From contig CABMCU010000108.1 in assembly GCA_902384685.1 (NCBI GenBank), positions 2,344 to 66,343 of the forward strand: a DNA stretch of 64,000 nt. Direction: 5' to 3'. The position numbers and the translations under genes were made by a program. The notes beneath the pieces were generated by a model. It saw only the letters and a list, made by a program, of their open reading frames with translations, was not told where the DNA came from and made no database searches. Source of the stretch: an uncultured archaeon (GTDB lineage Archaea; Thermoplasmatota; E2; DHVEG-1). Shown here one piece after another: positions 33,994-43,580 of this stretch (the first letter of the stretch is position 1; each line of letters starts with the position of its first letter).

Positions 33994-34281
33994 TTACTTT
34001 GCGAGAACTATCTCGATTGATGAGACGTTTGAGGTTCGTCCTTCTTCGTTGGTGATCGCTTCTGTTCCGATGCGTATTTCTTTGACCTTTGCATCAGAGG
34101 CAAACCGATTTCTGGTTATTTCTGCTGCATCGACTGCTCTGCTAATCGCTCGCCCTCGCGCTTTTATAATCACTTCCGATGATCCGCTGTTGAACTGGGT
34201 AACGACTGCCAGAACGTAGCTCATTGGTGGTTTGTTTCCTACATAGATCACGTTTTCTTCGCTTTCTTCTTTTGCTGTCAT
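33994..34281 (-). CDS. alba: Chromatin protein Alba
   Basis: [22 protein letters not shown]...[21 protein letters not shown]. Start moved to the ATG at 34281 (MTAKEESE...), 95 aa. Confidence 0.85.
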   Translation of the reverse strand: MTAKEESEENVIYVGNKPPMSYVLAVVTQFNSGSSEVIIKARGRAISRAVDAAEITRNRFASDAKVKEIRIGTEAITNEEGRTSNVSSIEIVLAK

Positions 34282-34364
34282 ATACTCTACCTCTCTGTTA
34301 GTTTCTAGGTTAGTAAGCGGTCCGATGGGCGTTATCATTTATATACATTTCGTAATTTTATTTC

Positions 34365-35714
34365 TTACGGCATCGGAGCATTTATTAGTTTTCGGAGTTT
34401 GAAAAGCACTTCCTCTGGATTTTTTCCTAAAATACGGATCATTGGTTCCTTCCCAACAGAACCTGTATCATAAATAGCATCTGGTAATCGACCAAGTAAT
34501 GCAATTGCATATTTCGTTCCCCATTCCATGGTTGATGCGGCATCTGATGGTTCGTTCTTTCTGTCAAATGAACCAAGAGTAAAACCAATTTGTTTGCAGA
34601 GATCTACTGTTTTTTGTGAATATCGAATGTTTACCGCTGATCGCATCGACGCATCATACGACATCGCAGCAAGAATAATAGATGCAACATGTTTCGAGAC
34701 ACCAAACTCAATAATACCACAAAGAGTGAGTCGTTCTTTGTTTTTTATGAGTCTTCCATCGACTGCACAAACGTCGTTTCTTGTTTTTGCGTTTGGAAGT
34801 GCGTACGCAAAATTCATCCCAACTTCAGGGATATACTGTGAGGGCAGAAAGGAAACCAACGTATCGATTGCGGTTTTCAGTTGGAGCCAGACCAAGAATT
34901 GTTCATTATTTCGAATAAGAGGCGGGATTTGAATTGCAGAAGAATGATTGAGAACATCAGAACCTTTCCCAGGATAATATCCTTCCTGGATCATACCCCA
35001 GACAATATGCTTTGCTTTCTCGACCGCATTGACCGGTGTTTCTCCTAATGCAAGGAGTCCGGTTATGAGAGCTGAAAGAGTACAGCCAGATCCATGCGCT
35101 TTTTTCTGGGGGATGCGTGGGAGAGTAAATCTATAAAACTGTTTTCCATTATAGAGGAGGTCAGTAACCATATCATCTGGTAAATGCCCGCCTTTGAGTA
35201 AGACGTAATTTGGACCTAGTTTGTAGATTTTTTTGCATGCGTTTTCGCCATCTTTTTGTTGAATGATTTCCATGTTAGTGAGTGCGCATGCCTCAGGAAT
35301 ATTTGCCGTAACCATCAATGCTTGAGGCAAGAGTTCTTTTTTTAGTGAAGCAACAAATGTATGATTTGTAAGTGAGTCACCGCTGGTTGCAACCATCACT
35401 GGGTCAACGACAGGTTTTATATTGTATGCTTTAAGGTTTTTTGCAACAACCCGTATGATTGATTCATCATATAGCATACCGGTTTTTACTGCAGTGATTG
35501 AAAAGTCATCAAACAGACTTTCTATTTGATCTTCAATATTATCAGCAGGTACTGTATAGATAGCTCTGACCTGTCGTGTGTTTTGTGCAGTAATACAGGT
35601 AACCACAGTGATTCCATATACCCCAAGGTATGAAAATGATTTCAGATCTGCTTGTATCCCTGCACCAGCGGATGAGTCGGATCCTGCGATACTGAGTGCA
35701 ATCTTTTTTTCCAT
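34365..35714 (-). CDS. thiDN: Bifunctional hydroxymethylpyrimidine/phosphomethylpyrimidine kinase fused to a ThiN-type thiamine-phosphate synthase domain (ThiDN)
   Basis: ThiD N-half (ALSIAGSDSSAGAGIQADLK, VVDPVMVATSGD). Extra ~180-aa C-terminal domain as in archaeal ThiDN fusions. Confidence 0.7.
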   Translation of the reverse strand: MEKKIALSIAGSDSSAGAGIQADLKSFSYLGVYGITVVTCITAQNTRQVRAIYTVPADNIEDQIESLFDDFSITAVKTGMLYDESIIRVVAKNLKAYNIKPVVDPVMVATSGDSLTNHTFVASLKKELLPQALMVTANIPEACALTNMEIIQQKDGENACKKIYKLGPNYVLLKGGHLPDDMVTDLLYNGKQFYRFTLPRIPQKKAHGSGCTLSALITGLLALGETPVNAVEKAKHIVWGMIQEGYYPGKGSDVLNHSSAIQIPPLIRNNEQFLVWLQLKTAIDTLVSFLPSQYIPEVGMNFAYALPNAKTRNDVCAVDGRLIKNKERLTLCGIIEFGVSKHVASIILAAMSYDASMRSAVNIRYSQKTVDLCKQIGFTLGSFDRKNEPSDAASTMEWGTKYAIALLGRLPDAIYDTGSVGKEPMIRILGKNPEEVLFKLRKLINAPMP

Positions 35715-36451
35715 TCAAACGTCAAATACTATTCAGATTTATATGGATTCTTCCTTTGTGAAATCCTGTATTAGATCATTCGTGCAATGAATTTTTTTGA
35801 AAAAATATTGTCTTTATTTGTCCAAAAATTCGTATGATAAATAGTAAACCACCATAAACCAGATAAATCGCGAAAAAACATTAGGTAAACTGGTTTACAA
35901 TTCCTTGACGTATGGAATGAGATTCCCATCATCTTGTTCTTCGAAAAGCGGTACTTGTTTCGGTATCGTCTTACGTTCCATGATTACATAATTTTTTGCT
36001 GTCATGTGTCCATTCCCTCCAGTGTTTGACGTGGTTAAGAATCGATAAAAATCAGGATGACGAACAGGCTTGGTAGTCGTGTTAGTGATCCCGATAATTC
36101 CTTCTTAATCTCTCCAATTTTTAGGTAACCATCGTTGAGTACATATACTTTCGTATTTGTGCAAAAAAACCATGTATAGTCATGGCAAGAAAAAGATATT
36201 TATAATAAAAAAGGGAAGGATGCTGGTCTCACTAGGAGGGATGGGATGCACTCTACAACTACCAGCTTAATTCCTTCCGGTTCAACGAAAGCGGCGCTGT
36301 TTTAAGAACCTTGTTTGTAGTTGTATAAGCAAGTAGTGATGTAGGTGCGGCACCACAGGCAGTTTGTTCTCCTGATATCTCCGAGTAGAGTTAGATTTAT
36401 ATGCTGTTCTTTTTTTACCACAGTTTGGGGAATTGTACATCTTTTACCTCT

Positions 36452-38341
36452 ATGGTGTTTGTGATGACGAAACTGACCGAGGATAAACCAGGAAAGCAAA
36501 TACTGCTATTAGGAAATGAAGCGATTACCCGCGGTGCTCTTGAGGCAGGGGTAGATGTCGCAACAACTTATCCGGGGACTCCTGCTTCGGAGATCGCTGA
36601 TACGTTTTCTACAATCGCAAAGGAGGCAACCCGACAAAACAAAGATCCTGGTTTTTATTTTCAGTACTCTATCAATGAAAAAGTCGCATTAGAGATCGCT
36701 GCCGCTGCGTCATTCTGTGGATTACGGTCTTTGACATGTATGAAGCACGTTGGTCTGAACGTTGCAAGTGACACATTCATGACGTACATGTACGTGGGTT
36801 GTCGCGGTGGTCATATTATTGTTTCTGCGGACGACCCGTATTGTCATTCGTCTCAAAATGAGCAGGATAACCGGTATTTTGCATTGTTCGGTGGTGCGCC
36901 GATGTTGGAGCCAGCTACACCACAGGAAGCAAAGGAGATGACGCGTATTGGTTTTGATATTTCTGAGAAACTGTCTCTTCCATTATTATTACGTACGACA
37001 ACACGATTGAACCATGTACGAGGGCCGATCACGCTACATGAGATGCAGAGACCTCGGAAAAAAGGGTATTTCAAAAAAGATCCTTTGCTCGTCACGGTTC
37101 CCGCGACAGCACGGGTAAGACACCCGGTGCTCCTCAAACAGCTTGAGGACGCTGAGAAAATCTCTGAAAAATCGCCCTTTAATGAAATAATTTCAATTGG
37201 AAAACCCAAAGACGTTGGAATTGTCTCTTCCGGTGTTTCTTTTACGTATGTCAAGGAGATGGCTGAGGAGCTGAATATGAATGTCAAAATCCTCAAACTT
37301 GGGATCACTCATCCGATTCACCACACCATGTGCGAGAAATTCATTAAGTCATGCTCGTCTCTTGTCATGGTCGAGGAATTGGAACCATTCATCGAAAATC
37401 AATTCAAGGCACTTGCGTTTGATGTCAGTGCTGACGTGAAAATCTATGGAAAGTCCACCGGTCATTTCTCCCGTCTTTATGAGTACAACCCGGATATCGT
37501 TGCGGAGGCATTTTCAAAAATTTTTAAGGTGAAAAACCCGTTCCCTCAGCCAGTTCCATCGACGCTTAAGGCACCACGACGACCGCCTTCACTATGTCCT
37601 GGTTGCCCGCATCGAGCAACCTACTATGCTGTGAAGAAAGCTGCACCGAAAGAAACAATTTATCCGAAGGACATCGGATGTTATACCCTGGGGAAAGAAC
37701 CGCCACTTGAAATGGCTGATGTCTTACTGTGCATGGGTTCGAATGCTGGGATGGCCTGTGGTTTTTCTGTTGCAACTGACCAGAAGATCATCTCGTTTAT
37801 GGGGGATTCCACGTTCTTCCATGCAGGAATCCCACCGATTGTGAATGCGGTGCATCATAACCATGATGTGGTCATCACGATTCTTGATAATCGGACAACG
37901 GCGATGACCGGTCATCAGCCACATCCGGGAACGCCCTACGATGGGATGGGCAGACCAGCCAAACTCATCAAGGTCGAGGATGTTGTAAAAGGCTGTGGCG
38001 TGGAACATATCGAGATTGTCGATCCGAACCAGATAAAAAACACGACCGCGGCGTTCAAACGAGCGTTGGAGTTCAAAGGTCCCTCGGTCGTAGTGAGCAA
38101 GTCGCCCTGCATCTTACTTGAGGTGCAGCGAAAGCGGAAAGCAAAGGAGGAAATTCAACTTTATCACATTAATCAAGAGATTTGTAAACGATGTAAAACC
38201 TGTATCGGCAGGTTTGGTTGTCCTGCATTGTATTTCGCGGAGGATGACTCCGTTCGCATTGATCCGTCCCAGTGCAATGGATGCGGGAACTGCGTGCAGA
38301 TCTGTCCATTTGGTGCGATCTCCGCGGAGGAACACCAATGA
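36452..38341 (+). CDS. iorA: Indolepyruvate:ferredoxin oxidoreductase alpha subunit
   Basis: TPP-binding region and two C-terminal ferredoxin-type Cys clusters (CKRCKTCIGRFGCP ... CNGCGNCVQICP). Start chosen at ATG 36452 (MVFVMTKLTEDKPGKQILLLGNEAITRGALEAG). Stop overlaps the iorB start (ATGA). Confidence 0.85.
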   Translation: MVFVMTKLTEDKPGKQILLLGNEAITRGALEAGVDVATTYPGTPASEIADTFSTIAKEATRQNKDPGFYFQYSINEKVALEIAAAASFCGLRSLTCMKHVGLNVASDTFMTYMYVGCRGGHIIVSADDPYCHSSQNEQDNRYFALFGGAPMLEPATPQEAKEMTRIGFDISEKLSLPLLLRTTTRLNHVRGPITLHEMQRPRKKGYFKKDPLLVTVPATARVRHPVLLKQLEDAEKISEKSPFNEIISIGKPKDVGIVSSGVSFTYVKEMAEELNMNVKILKLGITHPIHHTMCEKFIKSCSSLVMVEELEPFIENQFKALAFDVSADVKIYGKSTGHFSRLYEYNPDIVAEAFSKIFKVKNPFPQPVPSTLKAPRRPPSLCPGCPHRATYYAVKKAAPKETIYPKDIGCYTLGKEPPLEMADVLLCMGSNAGMACGFSVATDQKIISFMGDSTFFHAGIPPIVNAVHHNHDVVITILDNRTTAMTGHQPHPGTPYDGMGRPAKLIKVEDVVKGCGVEHIEIVDPNQIKNTTAAFKRALEFKGPSVVVSKSPCILLEVQRKRKAKEEIQLYHINQEICKRCKTCIGRFGCPALYFAEDDSVRIDPSQCNGCGNCVQICPFGAISAEEHQ

Positions 38342-38931
38342 AGAAAAAAATCAGCATCGTTCTTACTGGTGTCGGTGGACAAGGGGTGATCACAGCTGCG
38401 AATATTTTAGGGAAAGCAGCAGTGAAGGCAAAAGTCGGGGTATTTGTCTCTGAAATCCATGGAATGGCACAACGTGGTGGTGCAGTCGTGTGTACGGTAC
38501 GAATGGGTGATGTTTCCAGTCCGTTGCTTCCGAGTGGAACTGCTGATGTGCTGTTGAGTACAGAACCAGTTGAGGCACTACGAAATATCTGTTATGTGCA
38601 TAAGGAAACAAAGATTATTACTGATATCAATCCTATAATTCCGTTTACTGTCGCAGTAAGTGGTGACCATTACCCGAAGGTTGAAGAGATTTTCAAAGAG
38701 CTGTCATCTCACGGGGAGTTATACGCCATTGATGCGTTGAATATAGCAAGAGATGCAGGTGCGATTATTACGAAAAATACAGTGTTGCTTGGAGCACTTG
38801 CAGCAAGTGGTGTACTGCCGTTCAAACCTGAGATATTGTTAGAGGAGATTCTTGAGGACATCGATGAAAAATATAAAGTGGTTAATAGGAAGGCATTTGA
38901 GGGTGGGATGAAGGCAATAAAAAAAAAATGA
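38338..38931 (+). CDS. iorB: Indolepyruvate:ferredoxin oxidoreductase beta subunit
   Basis: MKKKISIVLTGVGGQGVITAANILGKAA. ~197 aa, translationally coupled to iorA. Confidence 0.8.
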   Translation: MKKKISIVLTGVGGQGVITAANILGKAAVKAKVGVFVSEIHGMAQRGGAVVCTVRMGDVSSPLLPSGTADVLLSTEPVEALRNICYVHKETKIITDINPIIPFTVAVSGDHYPKVEEIFKELSSHGELYAIDALNIARDAGAIITKNTVLLGALAASGVLPFKPEILLEEILEDIDEKYKVVNRKAFEGGMKAIKKK

Positions 38932-38951
38932 TACTCCTATCGAACATTTTT

Positions 38952-41303
38952 TTATCCCATGAAATTCCAAATAGGCTTCAACCAACAATCCCGTAACACA
39001 TTAATACCAAGATCAACCACGTTTTTCTTATTATTCTGAATCACAAGACGGTTCCCATTTGTTTTCCCAAGCAACATAAACAATGCTTTTTCTTTTTTTA
39101 ACAGTTTTTCAAATTCAGCTTCCTTTCCTTTTTTCACTTCGACAACCCATCTCGTATTTGATTCTGAAAACAATTTGAAGTCGATTCGCAGATCATTCCC
39201 AATCTTTGAAACATCGATAGTTGCGCCAATATCTCCGCCAGTTGCCATCTCTGCAAGACAGACTGCAAGGCCGCCTTCGCTAATATCATGACACGCGACA
39301 ACATATTTTTTTTTCATACATGCAAGCAATCCTTTCATGCAGTGTCGCAGAATCGCTGAATCTGTTTTTGGAACAATCCCTCCCTCCACCTTCATATATT
39401 TGTAGTATTCAGAGCCGCCAAGCTCTTTTTCAGTCTGTTTGCCAACAAGATACACAAAATTTTCCTCGACTTTAAAATCACTAGTAACACAAGTTCTAAT
39501 GTCATCGGCGATTCCCACACCGAAGATTTCCGGTGTCGGTGGAACCGCGGTTTTCACTGATTCGTTATAAAAACTCACGTTCCCAGAAACGTACGGCAAA
39601 TCAAGAGCTCGGCCGATATCACCAAGTCCACGGCATGCTTCATAGAATTCACCCATTCTTTCTGGTTTTTCCGGGTTTCCAAAGTTTAGACAATCAAGCA
39701 GCGAGTCTGGTACTGCGCCGACAGCGACCAGATTTCGACAGACTTCATCCACCGCGGACATCGCGCCCCAGTATGGGTCACGTTCCATAAACCGAGGGTT
39801 CACGTCAGCGGTCACTGCAATACCTTTCCAGGATTCTTCTAATGGTTTTATTACGGTTGCATCCCCATGAGTCTGCAGCCCGAGTTTCCCCTGCAATGGT
39901 TTGATAACGGTGTTTCCACGCACCTCATGGTCGTACTGACGGATCACCCATTCTTTTGATGCGATATTTGGGGATGATATCACCTTTTTTAAGCAAGTGT
40001 TCAGATCAGGTAATGGGAAATTTTTTTCAGCAGACTCCTGTTTCTTGATGACCACTGGCCGTGTACATTCATCATAAACCGGGCCGCCAGTCATAAACTC
40101 AAGATTCATCTCAAGAAGCTTATGTCCCTTGTAAAATACTCGGATGATTTGCTCTTTTATCACTTTCCCAACAACAGCTGCAGTGACATCCCATTGTTTG
40201 CAGATATGCAGGACTGTTTCGACGTTTTCTGGTGCCACCAGCATCATCATCCGCTCCTGGCTTTCCGACACCCAGATTTCCCATGGCTTAAGTCCTTCCT
40301 CTTTCAGTGGCACGTTGTCAAGATAGATTTCTGCACCCATGTTCGCGGAATACGCAAGCTCTCCAGAAACACATGATAAACCACCACCGCCGAAATCTTT
40401 GAATCCCTCAAGTAAGCCTTTCCGGTTACACTCTAAACAAGCATGAATCACAGGTTCCTTGGTAATCGGATCCCCAACTTGCACAGCGGATCTACTGCTT
40501 TCCTCACTTTCATCGGTCAGCTCGGCAGATGCGAAATTCACCCCATGGATTCCAACGCGACCGGTTTTACCACCAACGTAAATGTACACATTACCAGGCG
40601 CTTTCGCCCAGCTATGTACCAGTTCACTTTTTTTCATGATACCGACGCAGCCGACATTGACCAGACAGTTACCGGTGTATCCCTCATGGAAATAGACTTG
40701 TCCCGCAAGCGTTGGGATTCCTATTCGATTCCCGTAGTCACGGATGCCGTCAACAACTCCTTTAAAGAGATAGACCGGGTGTTTGACTCCTTTCGGTAGT
40801 TTCTCAGATGGATAATCCAATGGTCCGAAGAACAATGGATCCACGTAAGCAATTGGCTGTGCACCCATGCAGAGGACGTCTCGCACGATACCACCGACAC
40901 CGGTTGCAGCTCCACCATATGGCTCAATCGCAGAAGGATGGTTATGTGATTCCAACGCGACACAGTAGTAATGATCCTTGTCAAACTCCATAACACCCGC
41001 ATCTTCACGGGCGATGATCCGGTTTTCATCGACGTTAAAAACGTATTTTTTTAAGGGTATTTTTGATGATTTATAGCAACAATGTTCAGACCACGCTTGT
41101 CCCAATGCCTGCAGCTCGATATCGGTCGGGTTGCGTTTTTGTTTTCCAAAATAATCTTTGATTCGTTGCATCTCAGGGAGTGCTAATGCAAGCTCCATTC
41201 GGTTGCTGATTTCAAGTAACTCTTCATTAGAGGCAGCACGAAGATCAATTTCGTAGGTCTCAATGTCTGCTCTGATTTTTTTGAATAAGTTGTCTACTAG
41301 CAC
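38952..41303 (-). CDS. purL: Phosphoribosylformylglycinamidine synthase II
   Basis: PurL/AIRS-like tandem domains. 783 aa. Follows purS. Confidence 0.9.
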   Translation of the reverse strand: MLVDNLFKKIRADIETYEIDLRAASNEELLEISNRMELALALPEMQRIKDYFGKQKRNPTDIELQALGQAWSEHCCYKSSKIPLKKYVFNVDENRIIAREDAGVMEFDKDHYYCVALESHNHPSAIEPYGGAATGVGGIVRDVLCMGAQPIAYVDPLFFGPLDYPSEKLPKGVKHPVYLFKGVVDGIRDYGNRIGIPTLAGQVYFHEGYTGNCLVNVGCVGIMKKSELVHSWAKAPGNVYIYVGGKTGRVGIHGVNFASAELTDESEESSRSAVQVGDPITKEPVIHACLECNRKGLLEGFKDFGGGGLSCVSGELAYSANMGAEIYLDNVPLKEEGLKPWEIWVSESQERMMMLVAPENVETVLHICKQWDVTAAVVGKVIKEQIIRVFYKGHKLLEMNLEFMTGGPVYDECTRPVVIKKQESAEKNFPLPDLNTCLKKVISSPNIASKEWVIRQYDHEVRGNTVIKPLQGKLGLQTHGDATVIKPLEESWKGIAVTADVNPRFMERDPYWGAMSAVDEVCRNLVAVGAVPDSLLDCLNFGNPEKPERMGEFYEACRGLGDIGRALDLPYVSGNVSFYNESVKTAVPPTPEIFGVGIADDIRTCVTSDFKVEENFVYLVGKQTEKELGGSEYYKYMKVEGGIVPKTDSAILRHCMKGLLACMKKKYVVACHDISEGGLAVCLAEMATGGDIGATIDVSKIGNDLRIDFKLFSESNTRWVVEVKKGKEAEFEKLLKKEKALFMLLGKTNGNRLVIQNNKKNVVDLGINVLRDCWLKPIWNFMG

Positions 41304-41314
41304 AACAACTCCCC

Positions 41315-41566
41315 TTACTTTTTTTCTTCGATCGTTATCTCATAATGATGGATCACTGGATTTGTGAGCAACCGTTGACAGATCTGTTCGACATCTTTTT
41401 TCACCTGATTTTTATCTGTCCCATCGATAATGAGATCAAAAGTCCTGATAGTTTTCACAATTTGAACCTTCGGAAAACCAAGAAGATGGATTGCTTTTAA
41501 TGTATTTGCACCCTCGGGATCTGAGATGCCTTTCTTTAGCTGAATGGTTACCTTTGCTTCGAACAT
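41315..41566 (-). CDS. purS: Phosphoribosylformylglycinamidine synthase subunit PurS
   Basis: 83 aa. MFEAKVTIQLKKGISDPEG..L. Confidence 0.8.
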   Translation of the reverse strand: MFEAKVTIQLKKGISDPEGANTLKAIHLLGFPKVQIVKTIRTFDLIIDGTDKNQVKKDVEQICQRLLTNPVIHHYEITIEEKK

Positions 41567-41615
41567 ACGAATCGCGGCGCCTTATCTGAAAATAGCTAGA
41601 TTAAAGTATCGTTCC

Positions 41616-42158
41616 TCAGAGTTTTTTGAACACTGTCATAACCTGTTTTTTAAAGTCTATGAGACTCCCGTTGTTCGGAATAATGATATCTGCATCTGCA
41701 ATAACCTTTTGTAGACCCCAGCGGATCTCCCGTTTATCCCGCTCTTCAAGATCTTTGAGGTTCTTACTGTCGTCGGCTCTTCCCCGAGAAATCGCTCGTT
41801 TTCTTCGCAACTCATCAGGCGCATCGATTGCTATTACAAGGAAATCTATGCCAAGCTCTTTTTTAAAATAATCGATTTCCTCCATGTTGCGTACACCATC
41901 GATGACAATGAGCGGTGATTTTTTTAACCGATGGATTTTTTCTACGGTCTTTCGTGCCCAGATATCTAACCCGTGTTTCTCGCGCATGGTCTGTGCGATG
42001 TTTCCGACGTTTTTATCATCGAGTGGTTTTCCTTGTCGTTTGGTCTCCTCCCAGACCAAATCACCCATGCGGATGACCGGGATCCCTTTGTCTTTCGCAA
42101 TGACGACTGCCTCTGATTTTCCTGATGCAGGCATGCCGGTGAATGCGATGATTTTCAT
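41616..42158 (-). CDS. P-loop nucleotide kinase-like protein (archaeal UPF0200/dephospho-CoA-kinase-like family)
   Basis: Walker A GMPASGKSE. ~180 aa. Family assignment tentative. Confidence 0.45.
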   Translation of the reverse strand: MKIIAFTGMPASGKSEAVVIAKDKGIPVIRMGDLVWEETKRQGKPLDDKNVGNIAQTMREKHGLDIWARKTVEKIHRLKKSPLIVIDGVRNMEEIDYFKKELGIDFLVIAIDAPDELRRKRAISRGRADDSKNLKDLEERDKREIRWGLQKVIADADIIIPNNGSLIDFKKQVMTVFKKL

Positions 42159-42181
42159 TGGTTCTCTCTTCTCTGAATAAT

Positions 42182-42266
42182 AATAATTAGTGCAGGGGAC
42201 GAGATTTGAACTCGCGGAGACCTACGTCATAGTGTCCTAAGCCCTACCCCTTAGACCATGCTCGGG
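42182..42266 (-). tRNA. tRNA-Leu (anticodon UAG), class II with long variable arm, no encoded CCA
   Basis: Minus strand GCAGGCG-TA-CCC-GAGCATGGTCTAAG-GGG-...CTTAGGA...-GCGAG-TTCAAAT-CTCGT-CCCCTGC-A. Anticodon loop CUUAGGA and 3' end match canonical archaeal tRNA-Leu(UAG). One C·C acceptor mismatch (pos 6·67) and one G·A in the anticodon stem. Confidence 0.6.
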
Positions 42267-42344
42267 TACGCCTGCAAATCTCGCTGACGCTAATATCATA
42301 TCGTAATGAAAAATGTTTGTAACGAACACCTAGGACGAAAGGGG

Positions 42345-42560
42345 TTACTTTTTTATATCATGCAAGAGTAGTTGTTCGCCGAACTTCATGTAGCATTCTT
42401 CGCAGTACTTCCGCGCGATCAGCGAATGGATATGTACGGTGATGCCTTTTTCGACATAATGGAGGTCATTTGCTGGGATCTGTTTGTTGCAATAAATACA
42501 CACGGTCGGAAATTGTGAATGGCGGGTGACCAAACATGTTTGAAGATTTTTTTCCATCAT
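42345..42560 (-). CDS. Small Cys-rich zinc-ribbon-like protein
   Basis: 71 aa with CxxC-like pairs (CIYCNK ... CEECYMKFG). Confidence 0.3.
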   Translation of the reverse strand: MMEKNLQTCLVTRHSQFPTVCIYCNKQIPANDLHYVEKGITVHIHSLIARKYCEECYMKFGEQLLLHDIKK

Positions 42561-42702
42561 CTCTTCTCCTATTATATTCCGCTGTTTTGGTATTAAAACT
42601 TTCTGTTTTCCCTGGAGTGAAACTAAGAGGATGTAGTAGATTTAAGTATAAGCAACAGTATTCCCGAAAGATACTCCTCTATAATTGGTGGTTTCTCTGT
42701 AT

Positions 42703-42777
42703 AGCGAGGTGGGGTAGTCAGGAAATCCCGACGGGCCCATAACCCGTAGACCAATGGTTCAAATCCATTCCTCGCTA
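42703..42777 (+). tRNA. Initiator tRNA-Met (anticodon CAU), archaeal type
   Basis: AGCGAGG-TG-GGGT...CCC-G-ACGGG-CCCAUAA-CCCGU-AGACC-AATGG-TTCAAAT-CCATT-CCTCGCT-A. A1:U72 pair and three consecutive G:C in the anticodon stem are initiator hallmarks. Position 33 is C rather than U. Confidence 0.75.
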
Positions 42778-42833
42778 CTCCTATTTTCTGCGTGACACCA
42801 TATTTATAAGATGATTTCTTTTCCTTTCATGTT

Positions 42834-43580
42834 GTGAAAAAGACTTCTTCAGAGCGGTTCTGGGAAATTGATTTTCTCCGTGGTATAGCCATCCTCTTGA
42901 TGATCGTATATCATTTTATTTTTGATTTGAACTATTTTAACTTATATATGACGGATTTGGATTCGCCTGCTGCCTTGTTGTTTCTGTATCCTATTGGTAC
43001 TCTGTTTCTCTTGCTTGTGGGTATTTCCCTTGCGATAAGTTATTCTCGTGCACAAAAAAATTTGTCAAAATCACAATTACAGTTAAAATTTCTTAAACGG
43101 GGAATCGGTGTTTTTGGATTCGGATTAATTATCACATTTGTTACTTGGATATATCCTCATAATGGATTTATTTTGTTTGGTGTCCTTCACTGCATTGGTC
43201 TTTCGATTCTCCTGACGTATCCGTTGATTCGATTTCGAAATTTGTCATTCATTCTTGGGATTCTTTGTATTATTCTTGGTGTTTATCTCCGAACTTCAGT
43301 TGTCGTTGATTTCCCTTGGTTGCTATGGCTTGGTTTTATTCCTTCTCAGTTCTACACCCTTGATTATTTTCCCTTGTTTCCCTGGTTTGGTGTCGTGTTA
43401 CTTGGGGTTTTTCTCGGGGCTAGTCTGTATAAAAACAACAAAAGAACATTTCCGCTTCAGGATTATTCATCGTTTGTTGTTGTGCGCGGTGTGTGTTTCT
43501 TAGGTAGACATTCGTTGGTCATCTATCTACTGCATCAGCTCATTATCATTGGGATGCTGTATCTATTGTTCTTGTTGTAA
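42834..43580 (+). CDS. DUF1624-like integral membrane protein (acyltransferase-3/HGSNAT-related fold)
   Basis: N-terminus ERFWEIDFLRGIAILLMIVYHF typical of DUF1624. Several TM segments. GTG start. Confidence 0.45.
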   Translation: MKKTSSERFWEIDFLRGIAILLMIVYHFIFDLNYFNLYMTDLDSPAALLFLYPIGTLFLLLVGISLAISYSRAQKNLSKSQLQLKFLKRGIGVFGFGLIITFVTWIYPHNGFILFGVLHCIGLSILLTYPLIRFRNLSFILGILCIILGVYLRTSVVVDFPWLLWLGFIPSQFYTLDYFPLFPWFGVVLLGVFLGASLYKNNKRTFPLQDYSSFVVVRGVCFLGRHSLVIYLLHQLIIIGMLYLLFLL

